Shown here one piece after another: positions 13,888 through 26,004 of a stretch of DNA of 64,000 nt (its first letter is position 1; each line of letters starts with the position of its first letter). Below the pieces are notes generated by a model that saw nothing but the letters and a program-made list of their open reading frames with translations, made no database searches and was not told the DNA's origin. The stretch lies in NCBI GenBank assembly GCA_964106645.2, contig OZ067043.1. One strand, given 5' to 3'. The position numbers and the translations under genes are program-made. This DNA is from Podarcis pityusensis. Taxonomy: Eukaryota.

Positions 13888-13947
13888 GAAGAAGAAGAAG
13901 AAGAAGAAGAAGAAGAAGAAGAAGAAGAAGAAGAAGAAGGAGGAGGA
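13888..13947 (+). repeat. (GAA)17(GGA)3 microsatellite
   Basis: Read directly from the sequence. It is (TCC)3(TTC)17 on the FOXP4 sense strand. Confidence 0.97.
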
Positions 13948-14049
13948 ATTAACATTGTTCTGGACAACCAGAACTCCCTTGACAATGTTTACCCCTTTAT
14001 TAAGATTCTTTAATACACTGGCTGTGCTATGCAACATGTCTGCTATCTT

Positions 14050-14430
14050 ATCCATCTCATTTTTATCCTGTTCATCAACAGGTTATTCAATTTTATCATC
14101 ACAATAATGCTGTGAGGGAGGCTAGCCTGAGAAAGAGTGGCTTGTGCATAGACCTAGGGTGAAATGTACCTAACCAGGCCCATCAGTTCAAGGACCTCCT
14201 CCTCTCCCCCTTGAAAATGGCTCAGGGCAGGAGGAGATCCCCCAGAACAGCACATGGGGGGAGGAGATGGGGAATCGTTCCAACTGGCAAGCTGAAATGC
14301 CTGCACAGACGGAACGACTGGAAGAGTGCAAGGCTGAATTCCCCCCTAGTCAGTATCACTGCTGAGTGGGGATTTGAGCCAAAGGTTTTCTGATTTAAGT
14401 CTACCACCTTGTCTGCTGTACCACACTGGT
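14050..14430 (-). mobile_element. Squam3/CORE-like SINE (reverse) split by a ~200-bp insertion (~14152-14349)
   Basis: Head at 14350-14430 (B-box rc gggatttgagcc) and body at 14095-14150 (ctgtgagggaggctagcctgagaaagagtggcttg). The intervening block is bounded by cctag on both sides. Confidence 0.5.
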
Positions 14431-14440
14431 GCTACATATA

Positions 14441-14520
14441 CAGGGTGAGTCCTTTAAAAGAGGCCCCGTGGATACAGAGTACACATGTTCCACGGGGCCT
14501 CTTTCAAAAGACTCACCCTG
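14441..14520. mobile_element. 80-bp palindromic MITE
   Basis: 32-bp TIRs (30/32 identical) around a 16-nt spacer. Flanked by TA, and by the longer direct repeat tacatata. Confidence 0.88.
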
Positions 14521-15714
14521 TACATATATACACAGCAAGTTACACAACTTACAGCAGTCATCTCAAACTTGATTCCCTACAGATGTTTTGGACTACTAGT
14601 CCCATCCGCCCCAACCAGCATGGATAATGGTCAGAGATAAGTCAAAGTCCAAAAGATCTAGAAGACATAGAGGACATCTAGTTAGGGAAGGCTGCCCTAG
14701 AGTCTGAAGAGACAAGTCAACCAAAGAGTCAGTTGGAGATCCTGAAGCACAGAAAGGCAAAGTGACAGGCTTACAAATCAGTCGGAAAAAGAGCTCAACA
14801 CTCATAAGTCTACCAATTTTCCAGAGATTTTTCTTCATTCAGGAGAGATGGATTATAAGGATAGAAAATGCATTTTCCTTTATGAATTCCAAGAGCCTCT
14901 TCACTGTAGGTTCACAACTTTGCCTCAACAAGCCACCCTCCATCTGCTGCCAAGCTCTGGTCCACAACTGAAGCAGCATAGCCTTTTGCCATACAAAATT
15001 TAACAAAACCGAAACAGGCCTGGACTTTATATTCCATTTCAAAGCTTGTATCGTTAACAGGCGAATGAATGTAAGCTTTCTTAATGTCAGCCAATGAACT
15101 AAAGGTAGTGCAGGGAATTAAATTCATTTTACTCTAAGAGCCTTAGTTTTGCTATTGAACAACATTCCATGCAATGTTTCCTTACTATTTTAAGCTGTGT
15201 CAAGACTTCCCAGTTAGGGGAAGCAGGATATGGCTGTCTAATGTTAGGAGGCTCCTTTCGGACCAGTCAGTTGCATATGGTAGCACAGGTGGAATCAATT
15301 CTCCCTTTTGGCCTCCTCTTGGCCACATGAAAAAGGCTAAGTTAGGCTTTGAAGGAGTATGCGAGTTCCCTGCCCATCTGCCTTAAGTCTGTTGCAGTTG
15401 GCACCTGTTGGCTCGTTATTAACAGTGATCCTTCGGTAGCTGAAGGCCAGGGTGGGGGTGGGTTTTTCTAAAATGTTCATTTCACAGAACACATACACAC
15501 ACAGATCAGGCATACAGGCTGTGCTTCGGACCATCTCCAGTCCTCCCAAACGTCATTTTCAACCTTCACAACATTCTGTTCGGAGGCAGTGTGGTGGGAG
15601 GTGGAGGGGGGCCGAGAATGAGGAGCGGCATGTGCGTATGTGGACGGGGTGGGAAGCATGTGTAGCAAGAAAGGCATTGGGGGGAGGAGGGAACCCGAAC
15701 AAGCAAGAAAAGAA

Positions 15715-15925
15715 AACCCGTCAGTTTCATCTGATGTCTTTGCTAAAAATCTTGGCTACAAAGAGATCTAATTGCAAATGAACTAATTAAGTAAACCTCT
15801 GACGAAGCGTGAAAACAATTTGTTTGACCCTGACGCTAGCAGAGGGCTCTTAGACAGCAGAGTTAATCAGTCAGTGACAGAGCCCACAAGCGGTGTCAGC
15901 AGGCTGCCGCGCTGCCATCTGTTTC
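15715..15925. promoter_or_regulatory. Candidate intronic enhancer / conserved non-coding element
   Basis: Non-repetitive, CpG-retaining and motif-dense: TTGCAAAT 15772-79, TAATTA 15784-89, GTAAAC 15791-96, AACAAT 15814-19, TGTTTGAC 15821-28, TGACAG 15875-80. Conservation could not be tested. Confidence 0.45.
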
Positions 15926-16511
15926 TCTCTAGTTCTCCCCACCCGCCCCCCTTTTCTTCTTCCTAACATGGGCGAGCTATAAACTTTAGTGGTCTGTCTC
16001 CTCTCTCCTCCAAAGCCTTGTCATTACGGTAGGTCCCAGTCAGCCTCTTTCTCTCTAGCAGAGTCTCTCCCACTCTTCCTATATACCCCACAGTGCCTGG
16101 CAGCCTTTAAAAACTTCCCAGTTCTTACCGAAGGTCTATGACAGTGATATAGCTCTGTTTCGGAGAAGAAGCCTAGAGGGGTCTAGCTCCATTTCACAGA
16201 AGGAAAAACTGATGTGGAAGTACTGTACTCAATTTTTCTAAAAGTAGTGATCCTAGAATGGCTCTAGGGGGCTGGCTTGGTGGTGCTTCTAGACTATCAA
16301 AAGCTACCAGGTACCTGTTCTACAGACATAAATTATATTTTCTGAAGTATCAAAGCTCACTAATAACTGATTTGGAGGGAAAATATCTCTAGAATCTGAG
16401 GAAACCATCCCCAGGGCCAAAAAGCAACAGACTGATCTGTGGGCTTCACTGCACATCATCAAAAACAGTTAAAGTGCTTGCAGCAGGACTTTTCCTTTTT
16501 GAGGTCTATGG

Positions 16512-16647
16512 CAGGCTTCCTCAACCTCGGCCCTCCAGATGTTTTTGGCCTACAACTCCTATGATCCCTAGCTAGCAGGACCAGTGGTCAGGGATGATGG
16601 GAATTGTAGTCTCAAAACATCTGGAGGGCCGAGGCTGAGGAAGCCTG
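16512..16647 (+). mobile_element. hAT-superfamily MITE (136 bp)
   Basis: Long TIRs caggcttcctcaacctcggccctccagatg / catctggagggccgaggctgaggaagcctg. 8-bp TSD gtctatgg (16504-16511 / 16648-16655). Confidence 0.92.
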
Positions 16648-16744
16648 GTCTATGGTGTGAGAAAATACAGGAAGAATATTAAATACAGGTTGAGCCAAAG
16701 AACACAGCAGGATGAGTATACCTTGCACATAAGGAAGTCACCTA

Positions 16745-16981
<237 letters not shown>

Positions 16982-17179
16982 TCATGTATACTCCCTTCAA
17001 TGAGCAGATGTTGTCTCCACCCAGTCAACTGCGAATCTAGCCTGGGCTGCCAGAACCATAGTTGCAGATGCAGACCAGCAGAATTCATCCTCAGTTCATA
17101 TTTTAGACTGTCAGGTGTGGCACAAAATACTTTTTAACTATCTTCTTGGTATGCTAGATGCAACTCTTCTTGAAAAAAA

Positions 17180-17640
17180 ATGTGCACTGGCTACAGTTAT
17201 CCATATCCTGGTTTCATCAAGGTTAGATTACTATAAAGTGCTATGTGTGGGACTACCTAGGAAGAATGCACAGAAACTGCAGTTGGTTTCAAACACAGAT
17301 GCAGAGGAACATGTATCACCAGTACCAAAAGAGCTTCATGGTCTCCAAATTTATTTCCAAACATAATTCAAGTGCTGGTTCTGAGCTATAAGGCTTTAAA
17401 AGGCCTGGGACCACAATATATGAAAGGGCTGCCTGCTCCCCTGTGAACCTGCCAAATTAGTAAAAGCTTCATAGGATGTCAGGTTATAGGTTCCTTCATC
17501 TTCCAAGTCAACTTGGGTAGTTACCAGAGCTGTCTTGGGGTTGGTGCCTCATTTGTGGAACTCTCTCCCTTTCTTCTGATAGCTACTCTGCTAGCTTTAG
17601 ACACTGAAGTAAATAATCCTGTTTCCTTTGACTTTTAGTG
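17180..17640 (+). mobile_element. Degraded L2-type LINE, end of ORF2 and 3'UTR
   Basis: Translation LATVIHILVSSRLDYYKVLCVGLPRKNAQKLQLVSN resembles the L2 HALVTSRLDYCN..Y.GLP....KLQLVQN motif. Stops and indels follow. Confidence 0.8.
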
Positions 17641-17644
17641 GATT

Positions 17645-17696
17645 TTAATGAGATGGTTTGTTTTAATCCATTAATGAGATGGTTTGTTTTAATCCA
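17645..17696 (+). repeat. Perfect 26-bp tandem duplication
   Basis: ttaatgagatggtttgttttaatcca occurs twice in tandem. Confidence 0.93.
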
Positions 17697-17980
17697 TCTG
17701 CTTTATTAGATTTTAATATAGATTGCTTGTCTGCTTCTGCTTGATGCAGAACTTCCTTATCTCTGCAGTGCATCCATGCTATGTTTCTTGCTTATTCTTG
17801 ATAGCCCACAAGGCTGGCAGACCTATGGACTGCATACTTAGTACAGCTGCCTTCATCTAATTAGCATGGGACTGTCCCAAGGGTAAGAGTCTCTGCCTAT
17901 ATGCAGGCTCTTGTTAGGTCCTTAGCTGTCTGCTAGGGTGTCAAAGCATCAGAGTGGAAAGCTCTACCTTCCTAGGTAGT

Positions 17981-18160
17981 CAGTAAGAGCTGTTCGACAG
18001 TGGAATTTGCTGCCAAGGAGTGTGGTGGAGTCTCCTTCTTTGGAGGTCTTTAAGCAGAGGCTTGACAACCATATGTCAGGAGTGCTCTGATGGTGTTTCC
18101 TGCTTGGCAGGGGGTTGGACTCGATGGCCCTTGTGGTCTCTTCCAACTCTCTATGATTCT
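17981..18160 (+). mobile_element. CR1 LINE 3'-end fragment
   Basis: gtggtggagtctccttctttggaggtctttaagcagaggcttgac...gggttggactcgatggcc...ccaactct..atgattct is the typical CR1 3' terminus. Confidence 0.85.
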
Positions 18161-18718
18161 CTTTACTGGATACTCCCAAACAGTACAGCATCTAAGCCAT
18201 TTCCCTGACATGAATGGCTATTATGAACTCTTATTTGGCCCTTGGGGTAAACTAAAGGCTGTGACTGCACCAGTGCCATTGAAAAAAAGCAACTGAGTCA
18301 GCATAGTCTCCACAACAGCAATGGGGCCATTATACACAAATGTTTGGGAAGATAGTCATGTAGCCATTCTCCAATGGCTAGCAAGGCTCACATATAATTT
18401 GTTCATTGAGCCTAAATTGTAATTCATTGGGTCTGAATTGAAGTGGCTAATTTCCACATGGCCAATTCCTCCTATTGTGACTTAATAAGTTCCATTTGCC
18501 ACTGAAGGCAGGTACAATCACAAATTTGGCTCCATATCTGGTAAGCCAACACTGTGCCAAACAGTAGTACAAAAAGTAGAAGTTCAAGGTCTGAACACGA
18601 TAGAAAATACTAGTCTCTCCCAATCATGTGTAGAATTTTACCCCGTCCTTTGAGATAAATTCTATATCCTTTACAAATTATCCATTCCATATTTTAAAGG
18701 ACCACATAAAGTTTCTAC

Positions 18719-18923
18719 CTGTCCCTCCTTTGTGTGAGCATGGCGTTCTGTCCATTGGGAAGAGGGTGGTGGGAAATTGGAGGAGAGACCTTGGCGGCCG
18801 AAAACGAGGTAGAATTGGAGGTGTTGGTGCTGAGGTCAAGTCCCTCTTGCTTGATACTGTCTTCTACAGGCTGAGTAGCAGTAACCTCTTTCCATAGCTG
18901 CTGAAGGTCTGAGGGACACACAG
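18719..18923 (-). CDS. FOXP4: FOXP4 exon E (~exon 7), 205 nt, (A)[14 protein letters not shown]...[12 protein letters not shown](S)
   Basis: Acceptor tgtgtgaag, donor CAG|gtaga, phase 1-2. Lies inside ORF 18715..18933. Confidence 0.93.
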
Positions 18924-19793
18924 CTTCACACATGTTGGAGAGAGCAGGAAGGAGCAGCAGAAAGAGGAAAATATTTTTTAAAGAAAGATTTAAGAATCAC
19001 AAATCTGCAGAACCCACACTAAGATGAGCCAAAAAAATCCATGAAAGGTGTGGCTTCTGTGTTTAGTTTGTTGACAAAAGAGCTAATTGAGTCTCCCGGC
19101 TACTGAGAGCTCTCCTCAATGACTATTTATGTAACACTATTAATTGTGGCATTTGGAAATCAAACAGAACTTAGTGACTTCTAGAGCAGGCATGGAATTA
19201 CTTCAGTCTTACATGGTCTAGAACTCCATGGCCATTACAAGTTTTAAATTGATTATTTAAAATTACAATTTTATTGAAGTGTTTCTTAACAATTAAAGAC
19301 ATAACTAATCTGTATTAGAGATCCCAAGAACAAACCCTTGCTTAATAATATAAAAATTACTTTTGCTCGAGACAGTCAGGCACACTAGTCCACCATCTCA
19401 GCAGTATGTGGCCCACTAGAAATTGGATAGCAGTCCTCCAACGCACTGCCAACAACTGACTGCTTTTATCCATCCCTGATGCAGAGGCTGGATATTTATA
19501 CCACTTATACAGAGAAGAAAAACTAAGCCAGAGGGTGGTTTTGTTTTGGCATGTCTGGTATGTACCACAAGTCATTATGGCAATATATGGATTTCATGCC
19601 ATAGAATGCATTCATTCTTATTTTGATTTGGCTAGCTAGATGATCACACTGTCTTTTAGATAGGTAAAAATACTGATGTTTAGGCACAGTAGCAGCTACA
19701 ATGCTTTTCGGGATGTAAGTCTTAAAAATTAGCTGCCCAGTTACATATTTGCATTCAGTTACTCACAGGAACATAGAAAATTGCCTTTTATCA

Positions 19794-20180
19794 GCCTGGT
19801 TTACACATAACACCAAATCAAGGCTACGTGTGAACAAGCAAGTGTATGGGTAGAGAGAGCAAAAATCACAGCCATTTTCCTCCTCTCCTAGTCCTGCTAT
19901 TGCACCACTACCCAGAGCTATGCCATAGTTTGGCTAAGTGTTAAGTGTGAACCCAGGCCCACGATTTGTCTCATTCCAAACAAGCTGTATCAAGGGCTTG
20001 TTCTTAGCTTAATGTTCGTAGTTTGTTTGGAGTGAGACAAACCACAGTCTTGAGTTTGTACTTAAAACTAAGCCAAACCATGGCTTAGCTCAGGGTAGAA
20101 TGGCGGTAGCAGAACCTGGTGAAGAGTGAAGCAGTTGTGATTTTCAATTTGTGTGCCTGCATGCTTGCTTGTTTACTAAC
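19794..20180. mobile_element. Palindromic non-autonomous DNA-transposon-like repeat (related partial copies at ~29860-30127 and ~48285-48415)
   Basis: Internally inverted structure (aacaagcaag..cttgcttgtt; gccatagtttggct / agccaaaccatggct). The motifs aaaccatggcttagc and aactatggcttaaag recur in the other copies. Confidence 0.5.
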
Positions 20181-21010
20181 CAGCAGTAGCTCGTCAGGAT
20201 TTCAGACAATACCCCTCCCAGCTCTTCCCGGAGATACCAGAGATTGAACCTGGAACCTTCAGTTCAGACTCAGTTCTGCCCATCAAAGTCAAACGAATCC
20301 AGGATGCCAGACTGAAATTTCAAGTGAGTGTGTGTCCAAACTTCTTCTGGTTTCCATTCCAAACAAATAAAGAGACCCTTGGACATTTAAATATGAAACT
20401 GAATAGGCTTGAACAGGGCGGGGGGGGGATGCAGGAGGGATGAGGATGAAAGCAGTACTCTGCTAACTCCTGCTGCCATGACCAATGTAAGCGGGGGTGG
20501 GGGCACTTACTGGCAAAACCTGAGCATTGCTTCCAGCTTGCCCATCACCACATGCCTTGCCACTGCCTGTCCCTACCAATTCACAGTGTTCAAGGACCCC
20601 ATTTAGCATGAACTAGGCTGAGTATATCAGTCTAGACTCTGCCGCTTTCCTCAAGGACTGCCTCTCTGGAAGAGAGGGGCATAAGGTGTCTGCATAAAGT
20701 GAAGCTACTTTGCTTATGCATCCCCCTCTTGCAGACAGAAAGTAACAACATCACAGTGAAGCTTCCACCGGCAGGCTATCCCTGTGTTATGCACGAAAGG
20801 TAAAAATGAACTATTAGGCCCCAGCTTTCTCCCGTTAACAGCAACACAGCTCCTGGAACAGGAGTCAGATCAGGCACATTACATTTTGGTCCAATAATGC
20901 GTTATTGATGTCTGTTCTATAACAAAACCCAAAGCATGCCAAATGTTAGGCCCCACGTGCATTCAAACAGTCAGCTCTTAAAATTAACAGAAAACCAACA
21001 GGCTGTGCTA

Positions 21011-21250
<240 letters not shown>

Positions 21251-22642
21251 TCAAAACACATTATTTTCAACCCTGTAGCACAGGCCTTCCGGGATTCTCT
21301 GGGGTCTTGCATAAGCAGCCCAATCCCAGCATCAGCCTTGCTTTCAGCCAGCACAGCTCACAGTCCTGATCTCTTGTCCTCAGTGGCCACACAGCATATA
21401 ACCAAGACAGAAAGCCTTTGATCTATCATAGCAGCAGAACGAAGGGGGTGGGTGGCGGAAGAGAAGAGAGCGAGCCTGCTTGGCAGAGCAGTGAAAATGC
21501 TGAGTCTCTCTGCCAGATGAGCATTTCCACAAAGTCTGTGCGTTTGAATTGTGCATAAAGAAGCAGAATCTCTGTTTCTCAGTTGTATCTGCCTACCCGA
21601 AGCATACATCAGCATCAATGGATTGAGCTCCTATGAGCAACACAAAAGGCTTGCAGGCTAGAGCATCATAACCGGGAAAACTCTTAAAGACAATGGTTTG
21701 ACTTTATGAAGTAACATACAACCATCTGGGCCATATCTACCCCTGAAACTTTAATGCCCAGGATCTGGGGCTCCTGCTGGTCTCAAGGAATACAGGTGTT
21801 GTTTTTTTAAAGATATATTAATTAAATTGGCAGAGGGAAATATACTCTAATATAAACTTTTTTCCACCTCTCATACAGAATGACACATAGAAATCTGGTT
21901 GTTTATGCATGGCTTTTCAGAGAAAATGGAATGCGACACAAATATGGGCCATAATTTAGAAAAAGTTTTGCAAAATGTGTCACAAATGCTCATCATTATC
22001 TTCCTATTACAGGCAGGAAATGGGTTAATCCAATGTAAAAAAAATCAATGTTAAAATGGAGAATCAATCTCAGTGTCAGAAATTAACAGCACTAAATTAT
22101 CTTAAAATTCAAGAACTCTAGCTGACTGTGGGCCTTAACCACAACCCATTGACATCCATGTAGACTGACTCCAACAAGACGAGGCCCATTAATTTCAGTG
22201 AGAAGAATAATGGCCTGCCCATGATTTCATGGGGAGTTTGTGGCAAAGCCAAGAATAAGATTCTTCTCAAATATTTTTAATTGAGGTGATTTAAAAGGAA
22301 AGCCCAAGAGGCAACATGAAAGGATTAAATTCAAATGCAAATAGTTTGAATATTATTATTAAAATAATTTATGTAATGATTTTCCTAAAACATTTATTAA
22401 AGATTTGCTTGGAAGTTGTGGTTGTTAATTAAATTTGTATACCGCCCTATACCCGCAGGTCTCAAGGTGGATCACAACATAAAACCACAATCTAAAAACA
22501 CACAGGTAAAATGAGGTGGCCCCTCTACGGGCAGAAAAAGGAGCACAACTACAGCCATTGGTTTATTTTATAAACAGAACTGTAACAAATGACAATATGT
22601 ATGAGAGAATAATGTGTGGCCCCTTTCTCACCATACCTCTAT

Positions 22643-22782
22643 GCTGGACAGCTCAGTTGGTAGAGCATAATACACTTAATCTCAGGGTCATGGGTTTGAG
22701 TCTCACGCTGGGCAAAAAGATTCCTGGGTTGGACTAGATGACCCTTGTGGTTCCCTCCAACTCTTCAGTTTTACAATGCTAT
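22643..22782 (+). mobile_element. tRNA-Lys(CUU)-derived SINE with a CR1-type 3' tail
   Basis: 22643-22714 is a mutated copy of tRNA-Lys (agctcagttggtagagcat...cttaatctcagggtcatgggtttgag). It is followed by gggttggactagatgacccttgtggttccctccaactct, which matches the CR1 3' end at 18114-18150. Confidence 0.8.
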
Positions 22783-23905
22783 ACTACCTCCACTAAAATA
22801 TGTGTACTTCAGCTGGCAGATAAGATCACATTATGCTTTTATGTTGCACACCGCCTTCTTCTATTCTTACGCAAGTGTTGCTTATAAATATTTAAATGGA
22901 TAAATTTAAGAGGTAGAGAGAGATCCACAGTAGCATAAACCAAGGCGGCCTCGGAGAAGCAGGAACTGGCAAAATATGGGAAAGATTCAGAGCCTAAAAT
23001 ATCCATTTTGTCCTCCATCTAATCTTTGAAGCATTTATTTGGTAGCTATCTGAAGAGCAGAATAGAATACATCATTGAAGAGTACATCGAGGCAAGTCCA
23101 TTCATTTTCAATTTGGATAAAATTCCTAGCTGATGAATCACCAGGCGGTCTGTCTCAGCCAAGGGGCATCAAAACTGGGAAGAGGCATCCCCTACAGACT
23201 GTACTGCAGGCAGACAAGCAAGGAAGGGTGAGTCATTCGTGTTAAAAAAATTTATGTGTGTGAGATGCACTCTGAGTGGCCTAAGGGTGTGGGAGGAGAT
23301 CCTAGAACGCTCCCATGTAAAAAATCTGTAGCAGTATCACACAGACTAGAGTTTGCTTTTTCCCCTCCCTTGCTTCCCCACTCCCTGGCAGGCCTTTCTG
23401 TGAGCACAGGTTTCTGCCTGTTACATCAGAGCAGTTGAACACTGCCCCATTCACTCAACTTCCAGGCTGTAAAACAGAAGGAAATTGGGAACGGATTAAG
23501 TCATTAGGATCCCCAGGGCATGTTGCTTTCACTTCATAACTCAACAGTCCTCTGTATCTTTCCTCATGGACTTGTCATTGAGCCCAAGCATCCTTATAGT
23601 AGGTTCCGGGAGTCTGGAGGATAACAGATGGGGACAAGGGAACAGTGAGTAACCAGCAGGTGAAATGGCTTCAGCTGCATAGCTTTTCTACAGGCCCACA
23701 CTGAAATGGGATCTCATAGGCACTGAGAATGGAGTGACTCGTGGCTGTGGGACAAGTGGGGATAATTAGAAGGTGCAATGAAGTCTAGGACAGTATGAAT
23801 GAGCGCAGGAGGCTGCAACAGAATCCAGGAGTGTAAGCACCTCTCCTTAGAAAATGGATTGTCAGGACATGTTTTGCATGCAACAGAGTAACTAATGCAT
23901 TAGAG

Positions 23906-24155
23906 CAGGGGTCAGCAAACTTTTTCAGCAGGGGGCTGGTCCACTGTCCCTCTGCCCTTGTGGGGGGCTGGACTATATTTTGAGGGGGGAAATGAACGAA
24001 TTCCTATGCCCCACAAATAACCCAGAGATGCATTTTAAATAAAAGGACACATTCTACTTATGTAAAAACATGTTGATTCCTGGACCATCTGCAGGCCGGA
24101 TTGAGAAGGCGATTGGGCTGGATCAGGCCCCCGGGCCTTAGTTTGCTTATCCCTG
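23906..24155 (+). mobile_element. hAT MITE (250 bp)
   Basis: TIR caggggtcagcaaact / agtttgcttatccctg. 8-bp TSD cattagag (23898-23905 / 24156-24163). Confidence 0.9.
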
Positions 24156-24724
24156 CATTAGAGCATAGCTTTTTGGAACTCCTAAAACAATTTGGGGATG
24201 GAACATATCATATATGGAGTCCCTGCCACTGGGAGAAGAGCTGGGTTTAAATGGTTGTTTGAACCCTTTAGCTAGTTTCATTTAAGCTTCTAACAGAAGC
24301 TTAGATATCAAATCCCCTGGTTGCAAGCCTCCAATTCAAGCTAACAAAAATTTTTCCTTCTCCCTTGAGTCCTTACTCACAAATAAGTTCTAAAGCTGCT
24401 TTCCACACCATCAAAAATGTCAGCGCAGGAAACTATGAAAATCCACTTGCTTTCCTACCCAGTAGCAGGAGGCACCTGCAGACGTAATCCTCTGGGAAGT
24501 TCTCCTGCATAAGCTCTTTTGAAATGAAAGCAAGCTGAGCAGGAATACTGCTGTGCTCTTCTGCAGCTTCTATTTATTTCATTGAGGCTAGCACATACAA
24601 AATTTCCTATTGGATTGTGCCCTTTGTCTACAATGAGTGAGTTGGTAATGTGGTATCACCATACTCAGTAGTACTGTTTTCATTACTAGTATGGAAAGGA
24701 CCAATATGATAACCACATTAGATA

Positions 24725-24965
24725 TGGTGGTACCTTGGTTCTCGAACGTAATCTGTTCCGGAAGTCCGTTCGACTCCCAAAATGTTCAAAAACCAAGGCA
24801 CGGCTTCCGATTGGCTGCTGGAGCTTCCTGCACTCAAGCAGAAGCCGCGTTGGATGTTTGGCTTCCGAAAAAAGTTCGAAAACCGAAACACTTACTTCTG
24901 GGTTTTCGGCGTTCAGGAGCCGATCTGTTCGTCAACTAAGCCGTTTGAGAACCAAGGTTCCCCTG
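24725..24965. mobile_element. Tigger/pogo-like MITE
   Basis: TIR (ta)tggtggtaccttggttctcgaac / gtttgagaaccaaggttcccctg(ta). TA TSD. Confidence 0.82.
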
Positions 24966-26004
24966 TATCTAGTTTTGGGGAATACAGCAAGCACACCTTA
25001 AAATGGCCTTTTGACACATTTCCAAATATAATCTCAGTCATCCACCAAAGGTGCCCTCTTTTTGACACCATCTACTCATCAGGTTCAGACAGCAAAGATG
25101 GTGTGAAGAGAAGCATTCTTGGTGGCTCCCCACTCACACCAATTACAAACCTTACTCCAATTACAGATTCAACAAAATCCAAACCTGATTGCTTTATGGT
25201 AGCTTTGCGAGAACTTACTGTTTAGGGCTGGACTTTGAAGCTTAAATTAGGAAAGAGTGGGGAAATGTCAGTGAATTTTTTAATACTATGCTAGTCTGTT
25301 GGTGGGTTATTTTTTGTTTTATTCTCCCCCCCCCTTTTTTTTAACTCACCCCAAACCTTTGGGAGAAGAGTTATCAATTTTAATACTCAGATAAAATACT
25401 GAATATGAGGCACAGTAATGCATGTAAAGGAATTATTGTTTTTCAGATATTATCACAGGAAATTGAGTTCAAGTTTATGCTTAAAAGATATGAAAGCTTT
25501 GCTAGTTTGCCAGGCCTAACAATGGGCACCACATTTGTAAAATGGCATAGTCCATTAAATGCACTTCAGTCTTTCTTCCCGCCTTTCTTCTAATAAGCCA
25601 CGTTCCTCAAACATTTCCCTGATCACCAGGTACTGAAAAATAAATAAAGTTTCCTTCTGCTGTTGCCTACCAGCTCCTTCTCAGCCTCCCCTGACGTGCT
25701 GCTGCCAGAGTCTGTGGGTTTCTCTGGACACTTTCACTTTTGGAGGTCATCCGCTGCGTACTTTTGATAGAACCAATGAAGTATGAAGCTTATCGGCCCA
25801 CAGATAAAAATCTTAAACACAAAGAAAGTAATTACTGAACCTTACTCTGCCAGTCACTAGCACCCACTGGGCCTTTCCAATCTTTCCTTCTCTCAGAGAC
25901 GGAGGCACATAGGGAAGGTTTCCTGTTAGGGTGCAATCCCCAAATCCAACCCTCCCTCTTCCTGCTCCAACCCTATACACCCTTGATCCCTGATCTTTTC
26001 CCTA

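Noticed and set aside
13512-14013. Poly-Ser / poly-Glu ORFs
   Set aside because: These are translations of the (GAA)n microsatellite. Only 13776-13863 is a real exon.
22643-22714. Functional tRNA-Lys gene
   Set aside because: The anticodon arm, T-loop (TTT instead of TTC) and acceptor stem are mutated, and it runs straight into a CR1-type tail. It is a SINE head.
24691-25225. Overlapping ORFs of 82-147 aa
   Set aside because: They run through a non-coding MITE and its flank, with no transposase motifs.
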